Shown here: in pieces, positions 43,150 through 54,449 of the stretch | Position numbering within the stretch: the first letter of the stretch is position 1 | Layout of the letters: each line of letters begins with the position of its first letter | NCBI GenBank assembly: GCA_020184695.1 | Contig: JAANOX010000153.1 | Coordinates: 1,054,001 to 1,118,000, forward strand | DNA from: Histomonas meleagridis 2922-C6/04-290x | Lineage: Eukaryota > Protista > Parabasalia | DNA length: 64,000 nt | Reading direction: 5' to 3' | The notes under the pieces: generated by a model | The model's input: the letters and a program-made list of their open reading frames with translations, nothing else | Told to the model about the DNA's origin: nothing | Databases searched by the model: none | Translations under genes and position numbers: made by a program

Positions 43150-44316
43150 ATGGATCAAATCCCATTTATCAGTGCACGTATTGTAGAACTAGAATCCATA
43201 ATGAGCGAGAAGAAACGTAACATTGCTCGTCTTCAAGCACAAAGAAATGAATTAAACATGCAAGTCAGAGATTTAAAAGATGAAATTTTTCATCTTCAAG
43301 AAAATCCATCTGATGTAGCAGAACTCATCAAAAAAGTAGGTAAAAATAGAGCTCTTGTTAGTAATAATCATGAAGGCAAATACCTTGTAATGGTTGATGA
43401 CGATGTTGATATCAGTGGAGTTCAATCTGGCACACGTGTTGCTCTTCGTAGTGATACTTCTGTTCTGCATCGTATTTTACCCACTAAAGTGGATCCATTA
43501 GTTGCCTTAATGAAAGTCGATAAAGTTCCAGATTCCACATACGAAATGATTGGTGGCTGTGACAAACAAATTAAAGAAATCAAAGAGGTTATTGAACTTC
43601 CTATCAAGCATCCAGAATTATTTGAATCAGTCGGTATTGCCCAACCAAAAGGTGTTCTTTTATATGGTCCACCAGGAACAGGAAAAACTCTTTTAGCACG
43701 TGCAGTTGCTCACCACACTGATACAACATTTATTCGAGTATCAGGATCTGAACTTGTACAAAAATATATTGGTGAAGGAGCACGAATGGTTCGAGAACTC
43801 TTTGTAATGGCACGTCAGCATGCTCCATCCATTATTTTCATGGATGAAATTGATTCAATCGGAAGCAGTCGAGGCCAAGGCAAACGTAGTGACAGTGAAG
43901 TACAACGTACGATGCTTGAATTGTTGAACCAACTTGATGGATTTGAGTCATCCAACAACATCAAAGTTATTATGGCAACAAATCGAATCGATTGTTTGGA
44001 TCAAGCATTGTTACGCCCAGGAAGAATTGACAGGAAAATAGAGTTTCCAAACCCAGGCGATGCCGGTAGACTGCAGATTTTGCGAATCCATTCGAGAAGA
44101 ATGAATCTCCAACGAGGTATTGACCTCAAAAGAATTGCTGCGGAAACAAGCGGCGCTTCCGGCGCTGAGCTAAAGGCCGTGTGTACAGAGGCGGGAATGT
44201 TCGCGCTGAGAGAAAGAAGAGTACACGTGACACAGGAGGACTTCGATATGGCTGTGTTTAAGGTAACGAAGAAGGACGATAAGCGTAGTATGAGTATAAA
44301 GCAAATGCTGAAGTAA
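43150..44316 (+). CDS. RPT6: 26S proteasome AAA-ATPase subunit Rpt6 (PSMC5)
   Basis: [81 protein letters not shown] at 43150. Confidence 0.97.
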   Translation: MDQIPFISARIVELESIMSEKKRNIARLQAQRNELNMQVRDLKDEIFHLQENPSDVAELIKKVGKNRALVSNNHEGKYLVMVDDDVDISGVQSGTRVALRSDTSVLHRILPTKVDPLVALMKVDKVPDSTYEMIGGCDKQIKEIKEVIELPIKHPELFESVGIAQPKGVLLYGPPGTGKTLLARAVAHHTDTTFIRVSGSELVQKYIGEGARMVRELFVMARQHAPSIIFMDEIDSIGSSRGQGKRSDSEVQRTMLELLNQLDGFESSNNIKVIMATNRIDCLDQALLRPGRIDRKIEFPNPGDAGRLQILRIHSRRMNLQRGIDLKRIAAETSGASGAELKAVCTEAGMFALRERRVHVTQEDFDMAVFKVTKKDDKRSMSIKQMLK

Positions 44317-44424
44317 GGGATAAATTAATAAATTTTTTAAATAAGAAAAATGGTCCAATTTGTTCACTCAATGACGAGATCATATTGAATATGGGAAAAA
44401 AAATTTGATATAAATCAAAAAAAT

Positions 44425-44497
44425 TGCCTGCGAGCGGAGTCGGACCGCCGACCTTTCGCTTACAAGGCGAACGCAATAACCACTATGCTACGCAGGC
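44425..44497 (-). tRNA. tRNA-Thr (anticodon UGU)
   Basis: 73-nt cloverleaf: acceptor GCCTGCG/CGCAGGC plus A73, D-loop AGTGGTTA, anticodon arm TTCGC-CTTGTAA-GCGAA, T arm GGCGG-TCCGACT-CCGCT. Confidence 0.93.
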
Positions 44498-44808
44498 TTC
44501 TGTTTTTAAAATAATAATATAATATATTATATATATGAAAATTCAAAAAGATGAAATAATTTGTTCATTGTTAATAGATTTAAAATGAAATGTATGTAAG
44601 CAAATCAAATATGATATAACAAAATAAAAAAAATTAAATGTGTTATATTATTTGGCAACAATTAAAAAATATTGAAATTTCAATTTTTCATTAAATATTA
44701 ATATCAAATTGATTATGGAATTAAAAGTGAAAGTGCTTTTAGAAATAGATGATTTATTAACTTCTATTACAAATAAAATAGAAATGTTCATTTAAATCAA
44801 ACAATTGA

Positions 44809-45240
44809 TTAGAATTTGCCAAAGAAAAATACAAACCATACAATAACGATTTCGATAAAGATTAGAACTATAGCTAAAATTAACGATTGTAAATTTGTCT
44901 TTGATTTCTTTTTGTTCTTTTTCTCAGTTACAAGTTTCTGTCCTGGTGAAATAAACTTTTTTAATTCTTCGAAACATTCTTTTAGTTCTTCATGTCTGAT
45001 TTCAAGGCATTTTAAAGATGGTTCATTTAGTCTTGAAATTCCTATATTTTTTTCATCCTCTTCTTCTTTCATACTTTCCTTTTCCTGTTCTCTTTTATCG
45101 ATCTGTTTTTGTTGTGAAATGTAATATTGAATAAAATGTTGAGGAGTACCAGAAGCGCATTCATTTGGAACTACTACTCTTTTAGCGCCATTAACAAATA
45201 GATGTTTTTGTTCATTTTGCGTTGTCTCATTTTGTTTCAT
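44809..45240 (-). CDS. Hypothetical tail-anchored membrane protein
   Basis: Charged helical body and a single C-terminal hydrophobic segment LILAIVLIFIEIVIVWFVFFFG. Start codon uncertain. Confidence 0.55.
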   Translation of the reverse strand: MKQNETTQNEQKHLFVNGAKRVVVPNECASGTPQHFIQYYISQQKQIDKREQEKESMKEEEDEKNIGISRLNEPSLKCLEIRHEELKECFEELKKFISPGQKLVTEKKNKKKSKTNLQSLILAIVLIFIEIVIVWFVFFFGKF

Positions 45241-45331
45241 TTTTTTTTTCACAAATGGAAAATTGAAATAAACATTAACGTTCATAAAAAACGTTTAGAT
45301 AAAACCGTTAAAGATTGATTCAAATCATATT

Positions 45332-46852
45332 TTAGTTTTCATAAGATTCTATTTCCTTAATTAAAGCCTGTGGATATTGAGGCGAATAATATCTCACAGC
45401 TTGTTCAGGATAACAATTATTAATAGCGTCTATATAATCTCTTAATTTTGATCCGGGCTCTGCTTGTATCTTTTGTACTGCTTGGAATCCACCCGAAGTT
45501 ACGAATGGAACTCTTGCCTTTGGATTCTTTGGCAATAGTTTCGATATTTGTTCGAGAGCATATTTCAAAATATTTTCAGGCGCTGTTGTAATTAGAGGTT
45601 GTAATGCCTCGATTTCAGTTGTTTTTTCGATGATGAATTTTAGTGCTCTTTTTGTCTTCAACTTTAAATCTTCTGAAGCATTTTTATCATTATGTGCATC
45701 TAATAATAATGAAAGTGCATTTAAAGATGTTAAAGTTGAAGCATGTTCAGGTGAATGCTTTCCAAGTTGTCCTAATGTCCAAGCAGCTGCTGCTTTAACA
45801 TAATCAAGTTTAGATGAAACAAATACATTTAACACTGCTGCTGGTGCTCCTTCATTTATTAATGCTGTAGCAAGTGTTTGTGAAAATGAGGCAATGTAAC
45901 CGATGGACATTATCGCATGTAATGGATCATTACCCATCTCTGGTTTAAGATATTGGACAAGTGCTGCAGCACCACCAATGTTGATTACAAGTTGTGCAAG
46001 TTCTTGCGTATGTTTAACAATCTCTCGAATAAGTGTCGCAGCGGCTTTACGGACGTTTTTGTCTTTGTCTTTAAGACAACGAAGTGCATTCGGAAAGATT
46101 TCGCCTTCGACAACAAGTTCAGCTGAATCAACTGAATGCTTGGCAATGTGCGCAAGAGTGGTGCAGACTTGTTGCTTAAGTTTGGGATCCGCTACGCCAA
46201 GTAATGGAGCAATGTTTGGAATGGCTCGTGAATCAATTACTGATTGTGCAAGTTCGGCGTTATGCTTGGCAATATCACCTAAAGTGGCAACAGAGATACG
46301 GCGAAGTGAAAGTTCGGGGTCTTGAACAGCTGTAATAAGGAATTGGACGGCATTTGCATCAACAACTGATTGAGCAAGATCAGGTGAATGAGTGGCAATA
46401 AAGCCTAAGGCCCATGCAGCTGATTCACGTACCTTGTTGTCAAAAGATTCAAGACATTTGACAAGAGGATCAAGTGCTCCAGCATCAACACATTTCTGAG
46501 CAAGGCTAGTAGAATGCTTAGAAATTGTACGTATAACGAAACATGCATTACGCTTATAATAGTTTTCGTTTGTACTAAGACCATTAACAATTTCTGGAAG
46601 AATTCCTGATTCAACGATTTGTTCTGCTATTTGTTCACTATAATTAGCAAGGCGTCCTATAGCAAGAGCAGCAGTTTGTTGGATCGCAGGGACTTTATCA
46701 AGAAGTAATGGACGAAGTAATGAAAGTACACCACAATCCATTAAATTTGTTATATTTTCGGATCTACTTGCTTGCTCAGCTACAGTCTGTACGAATTCTC
46801 TTCTTGCCTTTTGGTACTTATCAAACACTTGTAATAGTTGTCTTGAAGACAT
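45332..46852 (-). CDS. SPAG6: Axonemal central-apparatus armadillo protein PF16/SPAG6
   Basis: MSSRQLLQVFDKYQKARREFVQTVAE, LLRPLLLDKVPAIQQTAALAIGRLANYS, IDAINNCYPEQAVRYYSPQY; 506 aa. Confidence 0.95.
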   Translation of the reverse strand: MSSRQLLQVFDKYQKARREFVQTVAEQASRSENITNLMDCGVLSLLRPLLLDKVPAIQQTAALAIGRLANYSEQIAEQIVESGILPEIVNGLSTNENYYKRNACFVIRTISKHSTSLAQKCVDAGALDPLVKCLESFDNKVRESAAWALGFIATHSPDLAQSVVDANAVQFLITAVQDPELSLRRISVATLGDIAKHNAELAQSVIDSRAIPNIAPLLGVADPKLKQQVCTTLAHIAKHSVDSAELVVEGEIFPNALRCLKDKDKNVRKAAATLIREIVKHTQELAQLVINIGGAAALVQYLKPEMGNDPLHAIMSIGYIASFSQTLATALINEGAPAAVLNVFVSSKLDYVKAAAAWTLGQLGKHSPEHASTLTSLNALSLLLDAHNDKNASEDLKLKTKRALKFIIEKTTEIEALQPLITTAPENILKYALEQISKLLPKNPKARVPFVTSGGFQAVQKIQAEPGSKLRDYIDAINNCYPEQAVRYYSPQYPQALIKEIESYEN

Positions 46853-47334
46853 TTTAGGAATAACATAACGTACAAAACGTATTGAAAAGTGCCAAAAATC
46901 CGTTGACAAACGATAGATAAATTAAATGACCAGTAAAACTGTTTTCCACAGAAAAAACCATCGTCATTCTGAAATTTCTATCGTTCATCAAAGTTGAACT
47001 TTGTTTTAACATTATTGAACTCTATAATTGCAGGATTAAATAAAAATTACAAAATAAATCACTAATACTCATAGCTTTTGCATTAGTAGTGAATAAGGAT
47101 GTATTTTACATAATTGTTTGTGACTTTTCCTTAACCGAAAATGATGTTCAAATTAATTTGAAGTTTAACTATTTTTTTATATCTATTTTGTAATGCATAA
47201 ATAAGTGCTGTCCAAAATAATTTAAATAATTTCCAAATGTTATTGTGAAATATTAAATTATGATTCCGAGGCATTTTCAGAATTTACTGAAACATAAATA
47301 TTTTAAAAAGATTACGATGTCACTTTTTATTTTT

Positions 47335-49488
47335 CTATTCTTTTTTCTTATCAACTTCAAGTTCGTTTGAAGCTTCTTTTTCTAGGTCAAATTCATATTT
47401 TGGATATTTTGCCTTTAATGCCTTTGCGACTTCATTACCCATATCTTCATCAGCGCATAATTTAGTTGCGAAAACATAAACATCTAATGCCTTCTTAAAT
47501 TCTATTTCATTCTCATCTATAGCCTTTAACAACATAACTTTTGCTTCTTTATATTGTCCAATGAAAACATTTCCTCTTGCAGAAGCATAAATTTCATCAA
47601 ATGTCTGTGGTGTTTTCTTGTTTTCTTTATATTCTTCATTTACAACTTGTTTCACCATTTCATGCCATGTGTTACTTTCTTTCATAAGTTTCTCCATTGC
47701 AGGTGACGCTGTATATATATATGGTGTATCTGAAAGTTTGCAAAAACATTTTAATGCTTGAACAATCATTTTGTTAGCACAGAATATTACACAACCCATA
47801 GCCATCGCTTGTGGTGTACAACTTAATGATCTCATTGCTATTGGCTTTGCTTCTTTTTCTTTCTTATCTTTGATCGAAAGTGAAAGTAACATTTCAATCG
47901 CTTTCGCTAATGAATCATTACGTTCAATAACATTCATCTCTTCAATCATGGAAAGAAGTGCATATGGACGACGCCATGCCCATCCAAGATAATTATATTG
48001 GTTCTTACGATAATCTTCGAAATGTTTTAAGATGCCATTATACATTTTCGTTGCAAATTCAATGTCATTATCTCGAAGTGCACTTAAACCTGACTTAAGA
48101 TAATATGTGTTGAATTGTGTCTCATATAATAATTGTTTGCCACTCTCTTCGCCTGCAAAGAGTGATGCTTCATACTCTGCTTTCCGGCGATAACCACCAA
48201 GCAAAAGCATTTTAACATAAAGATTATTAGTGTTACGATCTGCTGGATCAGCTTCACTAAGTGCAGCTGAACATTCAATAGCAGAATGGATACGTCCATT
48301 ACGACAATGGAAACGTGCTTTCCATGCAATAAGTTCAATACATGTGGGCGTATGCTGAAGACCTTCATCAAGTTCACGAATGGCTGATTCATAATCTCCA
48401 TGATATCCATAAAAATGTGCTGCAAAAAGATGGACAATGGGAACAGATGAAAGAGGTACTTCAAAGGAACGAACAAGTTCAAGAGCTACTTGAAGTTTCT
48501 CTTTGGAAAGTTCAGAAATAGTCATATATGTGGACGGGGCACCCTTAATGATGAGCGGCTTAACGCGCTCTATTAAGAGCGGTTTAAAACGTTCGTCGTT
48601 GATGTCAATGAGCTCCAACACTCGAACGTGGGCATAATGAGACTTATATTGATCTTTAATACGAAGTAACTCATCAATTATAGAATCTTTGGGAATTATT
48701 TCCTCAAGTATATCAAAGTAATCTCCATTTTCAGGATAAACTTTGATCAAATCATGAATTAATGGAATGGATTCTTGGGAGCGGCCAAGCTTATTAAGAC
48801 AATTTACTTTATCTTCTAGCATCGTTTCTTTATCGCGAATAATTTCTTTGTTTGTATCAAGGAATTTAATACATTCCTCATATTGATTAGAACGTATCAT
48901 TAAGACGGCTCTGAAAAGACAAAATTCTGACCTTAATAATTCATCGTCATCATTTTGTGCTGGACGCCATCCTTTTTGATAAGTATCAAGAAATTGATTT
49001 GCAAGTTCGTAGCGACCATTGATTGCTAAAGCAAAAGCATATCTGCAAATGGTATATTGGGTTGGGTTATTCTTAAAGATTGAGCATGTGTCTTTAAGAA
49101 ATTGATTGTATTGCCTTTCATAAAGTTCGAGATTTGCAATATCATTTAAAACTAAATAATTTTTGTTGTCTAATGAGAAGGATTGGCGAAGACATTGTAA
49201 AGCACGAGTGTACTCTGTCATGTCTTTATATAATAATCCAGATATTCTCCAAACTTTTGCATTTTTCATACCAAGCCTGTTTGCATCCATCATCATTTTG
49301 ATTGCTACATCTTTGTTTTTAGCTTGGTCTTTGTGATATGTGAAGTAAGATTCCCATGCAAGTGCTTCTGTACATTGTGGACTCTTTTTCAAAAGCTGCT
49401 TTGTCAATCGTAGTCCACGAGCGAACTCTCGCGTCCCTTGTAGATGTGCGATTTCTTGGAGTTTTTTGGCCTCTTCTTTAGACGCCAT
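47335..49488 (-). CDS. NAA15: NatA auxiliary subunit NAA15/16 (TPR protein)
   Basis: N-terminal TPRs, HTPTCIEL, DPADRNTNNLYVKMLL, and FEDYRKNQYNYLGWAWRR resembling the NAA15 conserved blocks. Confidence 0.85.
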   Translation of the reverse strand: MASKEEAKKLQEIAHLQGTREFARGLRLTKQLLKKSPQCTEALAWESYFTYHKDQAKNKDVAIKMMMDANRLGMKNAKVWRISGLLYKDMTEYTRALQCLRQSFSLDNKNYLVLNDIANLELYERQYNQFLKDTCSIFKNNPTQYTICRYAFALAINGRYELANQFLDTYQKGWRPAQNDDDELLRSEFCLFRAVLMIRSNQYEECIKFLDTNKEIIRDKETMLEDKVNCLNKLGRSQESIPLIHDLIKVYPENGDYFDILEEIIPKDSIIDELLRIKDQYKSHYAHVRVLELIDINDERFKPLLIERVKPLIIKGAPSTYMTISELSKEKLQVALELVRSFEVPLSSVPIVHLFAAHFYGYHGDYESAIRELDEGLQHTPTCIELIAWKARFHCRNGRIHSAIECSAALSEADPADRNTNNLYVKMLLLGGYRRKAEYEASLFAGEESGKQLLYETQFNTYYLKSGLSALRDNDIEFATKMYNGILKHFEDYRKNQYNYLGWAWRRPYALLSMIEEMNVIERNDSLAKAIEMLLSLSIKDKKEKEAKPIAMRSLSCTPQAMAMGCVIFCANKMIVQALKCFCKLSDTPYIYTASPAMEKLMKESNTWHEMVKQVVNEEYKENKKTPQTFDEIYASARGNVFIGQYKEAKVMLLKAIDENEIEFKKALDVYVFATKLCADEDMGNEVAKALKAKYPKYEFDLEKEASNELEVDKKKE

Positions 49489-49583
49489 TGAAGCAAAAGT
49501 GACGAGACCAAGCCTATCGTTCGATTATGGTAAAGCACGTTAAAATTCACTTTTTGAATTTATTCAAATTTTTGCTTTGGAAA

Positions 49584-50711
49584 ATGATTGAGAGAAAAGG
49601 ATCTTTTAGTGACATACAACCAGTTGGTTCAAATAATAACTCGGAAGCTGCAACCAATAGTACTGTTGCAAATCTTGCTTCGTTTCATTCGCAATTGATT
49701 ACAATGGCTCAAAAATTGCAACAAAAAAAAGTTGAGCCATCAAGAATAGAAAAACTTTCCAATAGTGCGAAAAAAATACTCGAGCTCAAAAGTTTTGAAA
49801 CAATATCAAAGATTAATGCTCTGATTTATTTAATTATTATTTTTATTGAAGCAACTAATTATGGAATAACATATCATAATCAACTTATTATTATAGAAAT
49901 TGCGTGTTGTTTATTTTTATCATTTTCTATTTTGCTTAAATTATTTTTTGATTTTCACGTATTCTTTAGAAATGGATGGAATATCTTAGATATTTTTTCT
50001 CTAGTTATTTCTATCCTTTACCTATCCATCCCATCCAGATTTGAACAATCCAAATTAATCATCAAATTATTCCGTCTCATTCATTTTGTCAGAATCATTG
50101 AATTTATGCCTGAAACGCGTGGAATGTTCACTGCTTTTCTTTCTACAGGCTCACATCTTCTTGTAATCATACTTTTAATCTTACTTTTCCTTCTTATTAT
50201 CTCTGCGCTTGCACATGTAATGTTTTCCGACATGTCTGAAACGCATTTTGGCACAATCTCTAACTCAATGTTTACCATATTTGTTATCCTTACGCAAGCA
50301 GGATGGCTTGAGTCATATGGTGAAGTTGGAGGTAAGTATAGTACATTTGTTACAATTGCTTTTTATGTATTTGTGAGTTTTATTGGAAGTTTTGTGTTAG
50401 TTAATGCATTAACAGGCGTTTCTTCTGTAAGTATTGAGAAAGCAAAGAAAAGAAATAAGTTGGAACAAGAAGAAAACGAAATTAAAGAACACGGAGGAAA
50501 AGAAAAGCAAAAAATTTTGTCGAAACTTTTGGCGAAAAAGAAATTTTTGGAAAAATCGGGAAAATTTAGAAAGGAAAAAGTTGAGAAAATTAGAAACGCA
50601 CATAAGAAAACAATCGAAAACTTAAACAGATTACAAACTCTCTCAGCACAACTAAATGAATTAACAAAGAACATTACAAATCAATCAAAATACGAATTAA
50701 ATAATAACTGA
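49584..50711 (+). CDS. Single-domain 6TM voltage-gated cation channel subunit (CatSper/Nav-like) with a C-terminal coiled coil
   Basis: FFRNGWNILDIF (S2-S3), S4 KLIIKLFRLIHFVRII, pore HFGTISNSMFTIFVILTQAGW, S6 FIGSFVLVNALTGV. ATG at 49584 (an upstream ATG at 49527 is also in frame). Confidence 0.8.
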   Translation: MIERKGSFSDIQPVGSNNNSEAATNSTVANLASFHSQLITMAQKLQQKKVEPSRIEKLSNSAKKILELKSFETISKINALIYLIIIFIEATNYGITYHNQLIIIEIACCLFLSFSILLKLFFDFHVFFRNGWNILDIFSLVISILYLSIPSRFEQSKLIIKLFRLIHFVRIIEFMPETRGMFTAFLSTGSHLLVIILLILLFLLIISALAHVMFSDMSETHFGTISNSMFTIFVILTQAGWLESYGEVGGKYSTFVTIAFYVFVSFIGSFVLVNALTGVSSVSIEKAKKRNKLEQEENEIKEHGGKEKQKILSKLLAKKKFLEKSGKFRKEKVEKIRNAHKKTIENLNRLQTLSAQLNELTKNITNQSKYELNNN

Positions 50712-51633
50712 TTGTTATTAGTAGGAAACATGGTGCATATTGTTTAAATAAATTGTTTTTTAATATTCTTGTTAAAGACAAAAGATAAAAAATGTTGTTC
50801 TTGAGGCAAAAACAAAGTTTAACTATTAGAATCAATTTTTATTCATAATATTTTTCATGTTAAATAATTCTTTATGCTTATATAAACATTATTTATTTTA
50901 CTGATTTCATTAGCTCAGAAACAACTTGATATTAAATAAATTAATCGAATATAAAGAAGCCATTCATAATTAATGTAAAGAACAATGATTTTTATTTAAA
51001 AATTAAGCAATTTGTATACATAATTGATTTTATACGACAACAAGTCTCCCCAAGTACAACAGTACTTAAAGTTGTTTTTAAGGATTTAAAGATGAAGCAA
51101 AATGAAGTCAATGATAAGAATTATTCATAAGATGTAAAAGATTATTATTCAAAAGATGTTTAACAAACAAATGATCTCAAATTTTCTGCAGAAAATTTCA
51201 TCAAACTGAAATATTGGATCTTTTTCGGAAAATTTTTTTTTTGACTTGAAAAAGTGGTTGTTTATCGTTAAAAGTGACACATATCGAAAAAAGTACTTTT
51301 TCAGGAATAAGATTTATTCAATTTTTTACTGAAATAGTCCATTGTTTTGAGTTTTTCAATAAATTCTGATCGTGTTTCAGGGTGGTCAAAACGAATGAAA
51401 AGAACATGCAATATCACAACAAAACAGCAAATATAAAAGTCAAAAGACAATATTCGCTATGATAACGACCGTTAGAACAAATGTGTCGCAAAACATCTTT
51501 ACTCTTGGCTCCAAAAATTCTTTTAAAGTCCTTTGAACTCCTTCATTTTGCCCTTGGCCTATGCAGCATCCTTATAGAATGTTTAGCAACCTTTTGAAAA
51601 ATTTATTTCAACTTTCTTGTTTTTTCAACTCAA

Positions 51634-53792
51634 ATGATATGTAACTTAATGATTTATGCAATTCCTACAATTTGCACATTTAATTCCTTCAGTAAAAACG
51701 GTGCAGCAACAAAAAAATTCAGGCAATTCACATTTTTATCAATTTCCAAAAGCAAAACAAAGAATATTGCGACACTCAAAGCAAGAAAGAACATCGCAAG
51801 CGCTTGCTTTCATGATAATGTTAAATATTTTTCTAATTATCTTTTTCAACTTTTCAACATCTATTCACCCACAATAATTTCTTTTTCTGACTTGCAGCCA
51901 AAAAACCCTCATTGCATTCAGCTTAATACAAGTTATTTTAGTATATTTTCAAAACCATTACATATATCATACTTCAATCTTCTTCTTTTCATCCTCAACA
52001 GTTTCTTAATAACAATTTGTTTTGCTCTGTACTTCAAAGGGCGCTCTTCAAATGTAAAATCTTTCTTTCGAAATATTGAATCAAGTTTTTTTCTATTTCT
52101 TTTTGCTTTGTTTTTCGCTCACACATTCCAAACATATATCGACGAAAACAGCACACTTATAATAAACGATGAAAATGATTTTGATAAAGTGTATTCTAAT
52201 TCAACTGTTAACGTTATCATATATGGAAATGTTTCAATTTCAAGTGGCGAATTCAGTGGGTGGCCTCTGCTGAAGTATGCGTACATCGGCGACTTGGTTA
52301 CATCAATTGGAGGCTCTGCTTTTTCCGGCTGCAGTAGTTTGGAAAATGTTGTAATTGGAGAAAATGTAAAAGAAATTGGAGGCTCTGCATTTTCATTTTG
52401 TACAAATTTGTCAAGTATTACAATTCCACATTCAGTTACATCAATTGGAGGCTCTGCTTTTTTTCCGGCTGCAGTAGTTTGGAAAATGTTGTAATTGGAG
52501 AAAATGTAAAAGAAATTGGAGGCTCTGCATTTTCATTTTGTACAAATTTGTCAAGTATTACAATTCCACATTCAGTTACATCAATTGGAGGCTCTGCTTT
52601 TTCCGGCTGCAGTAGTTTGGAAAATGTTGTAATTGGAGAAAATGTAAAAGAAATTGGAGGCTCTGCATTTTCATTTTGTACAAATTTGTCAAGTATTACA
52701 ATTCCACATTCAGTTACATCAATTGGAGGCTCTGCTTTTTCCGGCTGCAGTAGTTTGGAAAATGTTGTAATTGGAGAAAATGTAAAAGAAATTGGAGGCT
52801 CTGCATTTTCATTTTGTACAAATTTGTCAAGTATTACAATTCCACATTCAGTTACATCAATTGGAGGCTCTGCTTTTTTTCAGGCTGCAGTAGTTTGGAA
52901 AATGTTGTAATTGGAGAAAATGTAAAAGAAATTGGAGGCTCTGCATTTTCATTTTGTACAAATTTGTCAAGTATTACAATTCCACATTCAGTTACATCAA
53001 TTGGAGGCTCTGCTTTTTCCGGCTGCAGTGGTTTGGAAAATGTTGTAATTGGAGAAAATGTAAAAGAAATTGGAGATTCTGCATTTTCTTACTGCAATAA
53101 TCTACATTGCATATATTATTATGGGACAGAGGAGGTATCAATTGGTACTAACGCATTCCAAAATGTTTCAACTGATGTTATGGTAACTAAGGATTATGTT
53201 GGTGCCAAATTTGCAACATTAAATGTAACATATGAAACTACAACAGGCTGCGCGCCGATGCCGACGCTTCCATTCGCGCAGTCGAACACATTCTCTAATT
53301 CGAACACGTTCGCTGCTTCACTTCGCGGCGATATTTCGCAGACGTTTTCGTTTACATTAACAGTTACTTTGTCTGTTTCATATTCGCTGACGTATTCTGC
53401 GCTTGGCACGCAAACGCTTTCGTATTATTTGAGTAATTCGATGATAACTTATGTTGAAACGAATTTCATATACTACAATTACACAGTCATTGTATATTCG
53501 ACATATTATAGCTATTACTCGAACTTCTTCACGTATGTGTATCTGAGTCCAAGTGATGCATCGGGCGGAATGACAACTGCGGCGCTGATCGGAATAATCT
53601 GCGGCGCCGTCGCATTCGTTTTTGATTGTCGTCGCAGCTGTTACGTTTTTGGTGAAAAGTAATAACAGAAAGGAAAAGTCGAGCGTGAAGCTGCAGTTTA
53701 AGGAGACAACGACGTCAACGACAAAGCAGTACGACGATGTCGACAGCATAGTGGAAGAGCTCGCGAAAGAAGACGAAGACAATTGGATATGA
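51634..53792 (+). CDS. BspA-like surface protein interrupted by three poly-T frameshifts (pseudogene, phase-variable, or assembly error)
   Basis: LRR repeats, stalk and TM are split over three frames. T7 instead of T5 at 52458-52464 and 52874-52880, and an extra T at 53619-53623. The corrected frame ends EDEDNWI-TGA at 53790-53792. Confidence 0.75.
52303..53075 (+). repeat. Near-identical 138-nt tandem repeat (two LRRs per unit), 5 full copies plus a partial copy
   Basis: Unit starts at 52303, 52441, 52581, 52719, 52857, 52997; spacings are 138 or 140 nt. Confidence 0.9.
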
Positions 53793-54449
53793 CGAAATTG
53801 TTGAGTAAAATATTTTATTTTTTTAGATTGTAAAACTGAGCGAAATATTTACAGTAAACATCGGATTAGTGTATTTGAAAATGGAACAGTTCATTGATAG
53901 AACATACTCTATCCATGGGATATGAACAGAATATTTATGAATGTTGTCATGAGTTATATAATTTCGATATACGAAATGTATAATTCAATATGTTTAATGA
54001 ATATTTGTTTATGTGCATTAAAATATTGCATTGAATCATTCATATTCATAATAATAACAATTAAATCTTCGGCTTTGATATAACCAATTCCCACGGAATA
54101 TATGTCACATAAACGAATATTATTGTTAGTTCCTTACACATTCATTTTGGACAAATAATTAACACTTATTTTATAGAAAAAACATATCGGATGGAACATA
54201 TTTACGACATTGTGTTTCACTTTATACGCCTGTTAGTGTCATTGATAAATTTGAATATTTTTTGACTTTTTTCAATGTGGACGTTCACCGGAAATGTTTT
54301 TTCGATTTAGCGACGGTTTCCATGGAAAATTTGTTGATTTCTGTAAGCAAAATAAAACGTTTGGTATCTTCCATTGTCAAAAAGTTTATCGAACTTATTT
54401 TGAACAGGGAACGCTTTTTTCAGTCACTGTAAGCAAACAAGCTTTTATC

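Noticed and set aside
52303-53075. Regular repeat arrays (138-nt and 170-nt periods) as CRISPR-like arrays
   Set aside because: The repeats are protein-coding, there are no unique spacers of CRISPR type and no cas genes, and the context is eukaryotic.
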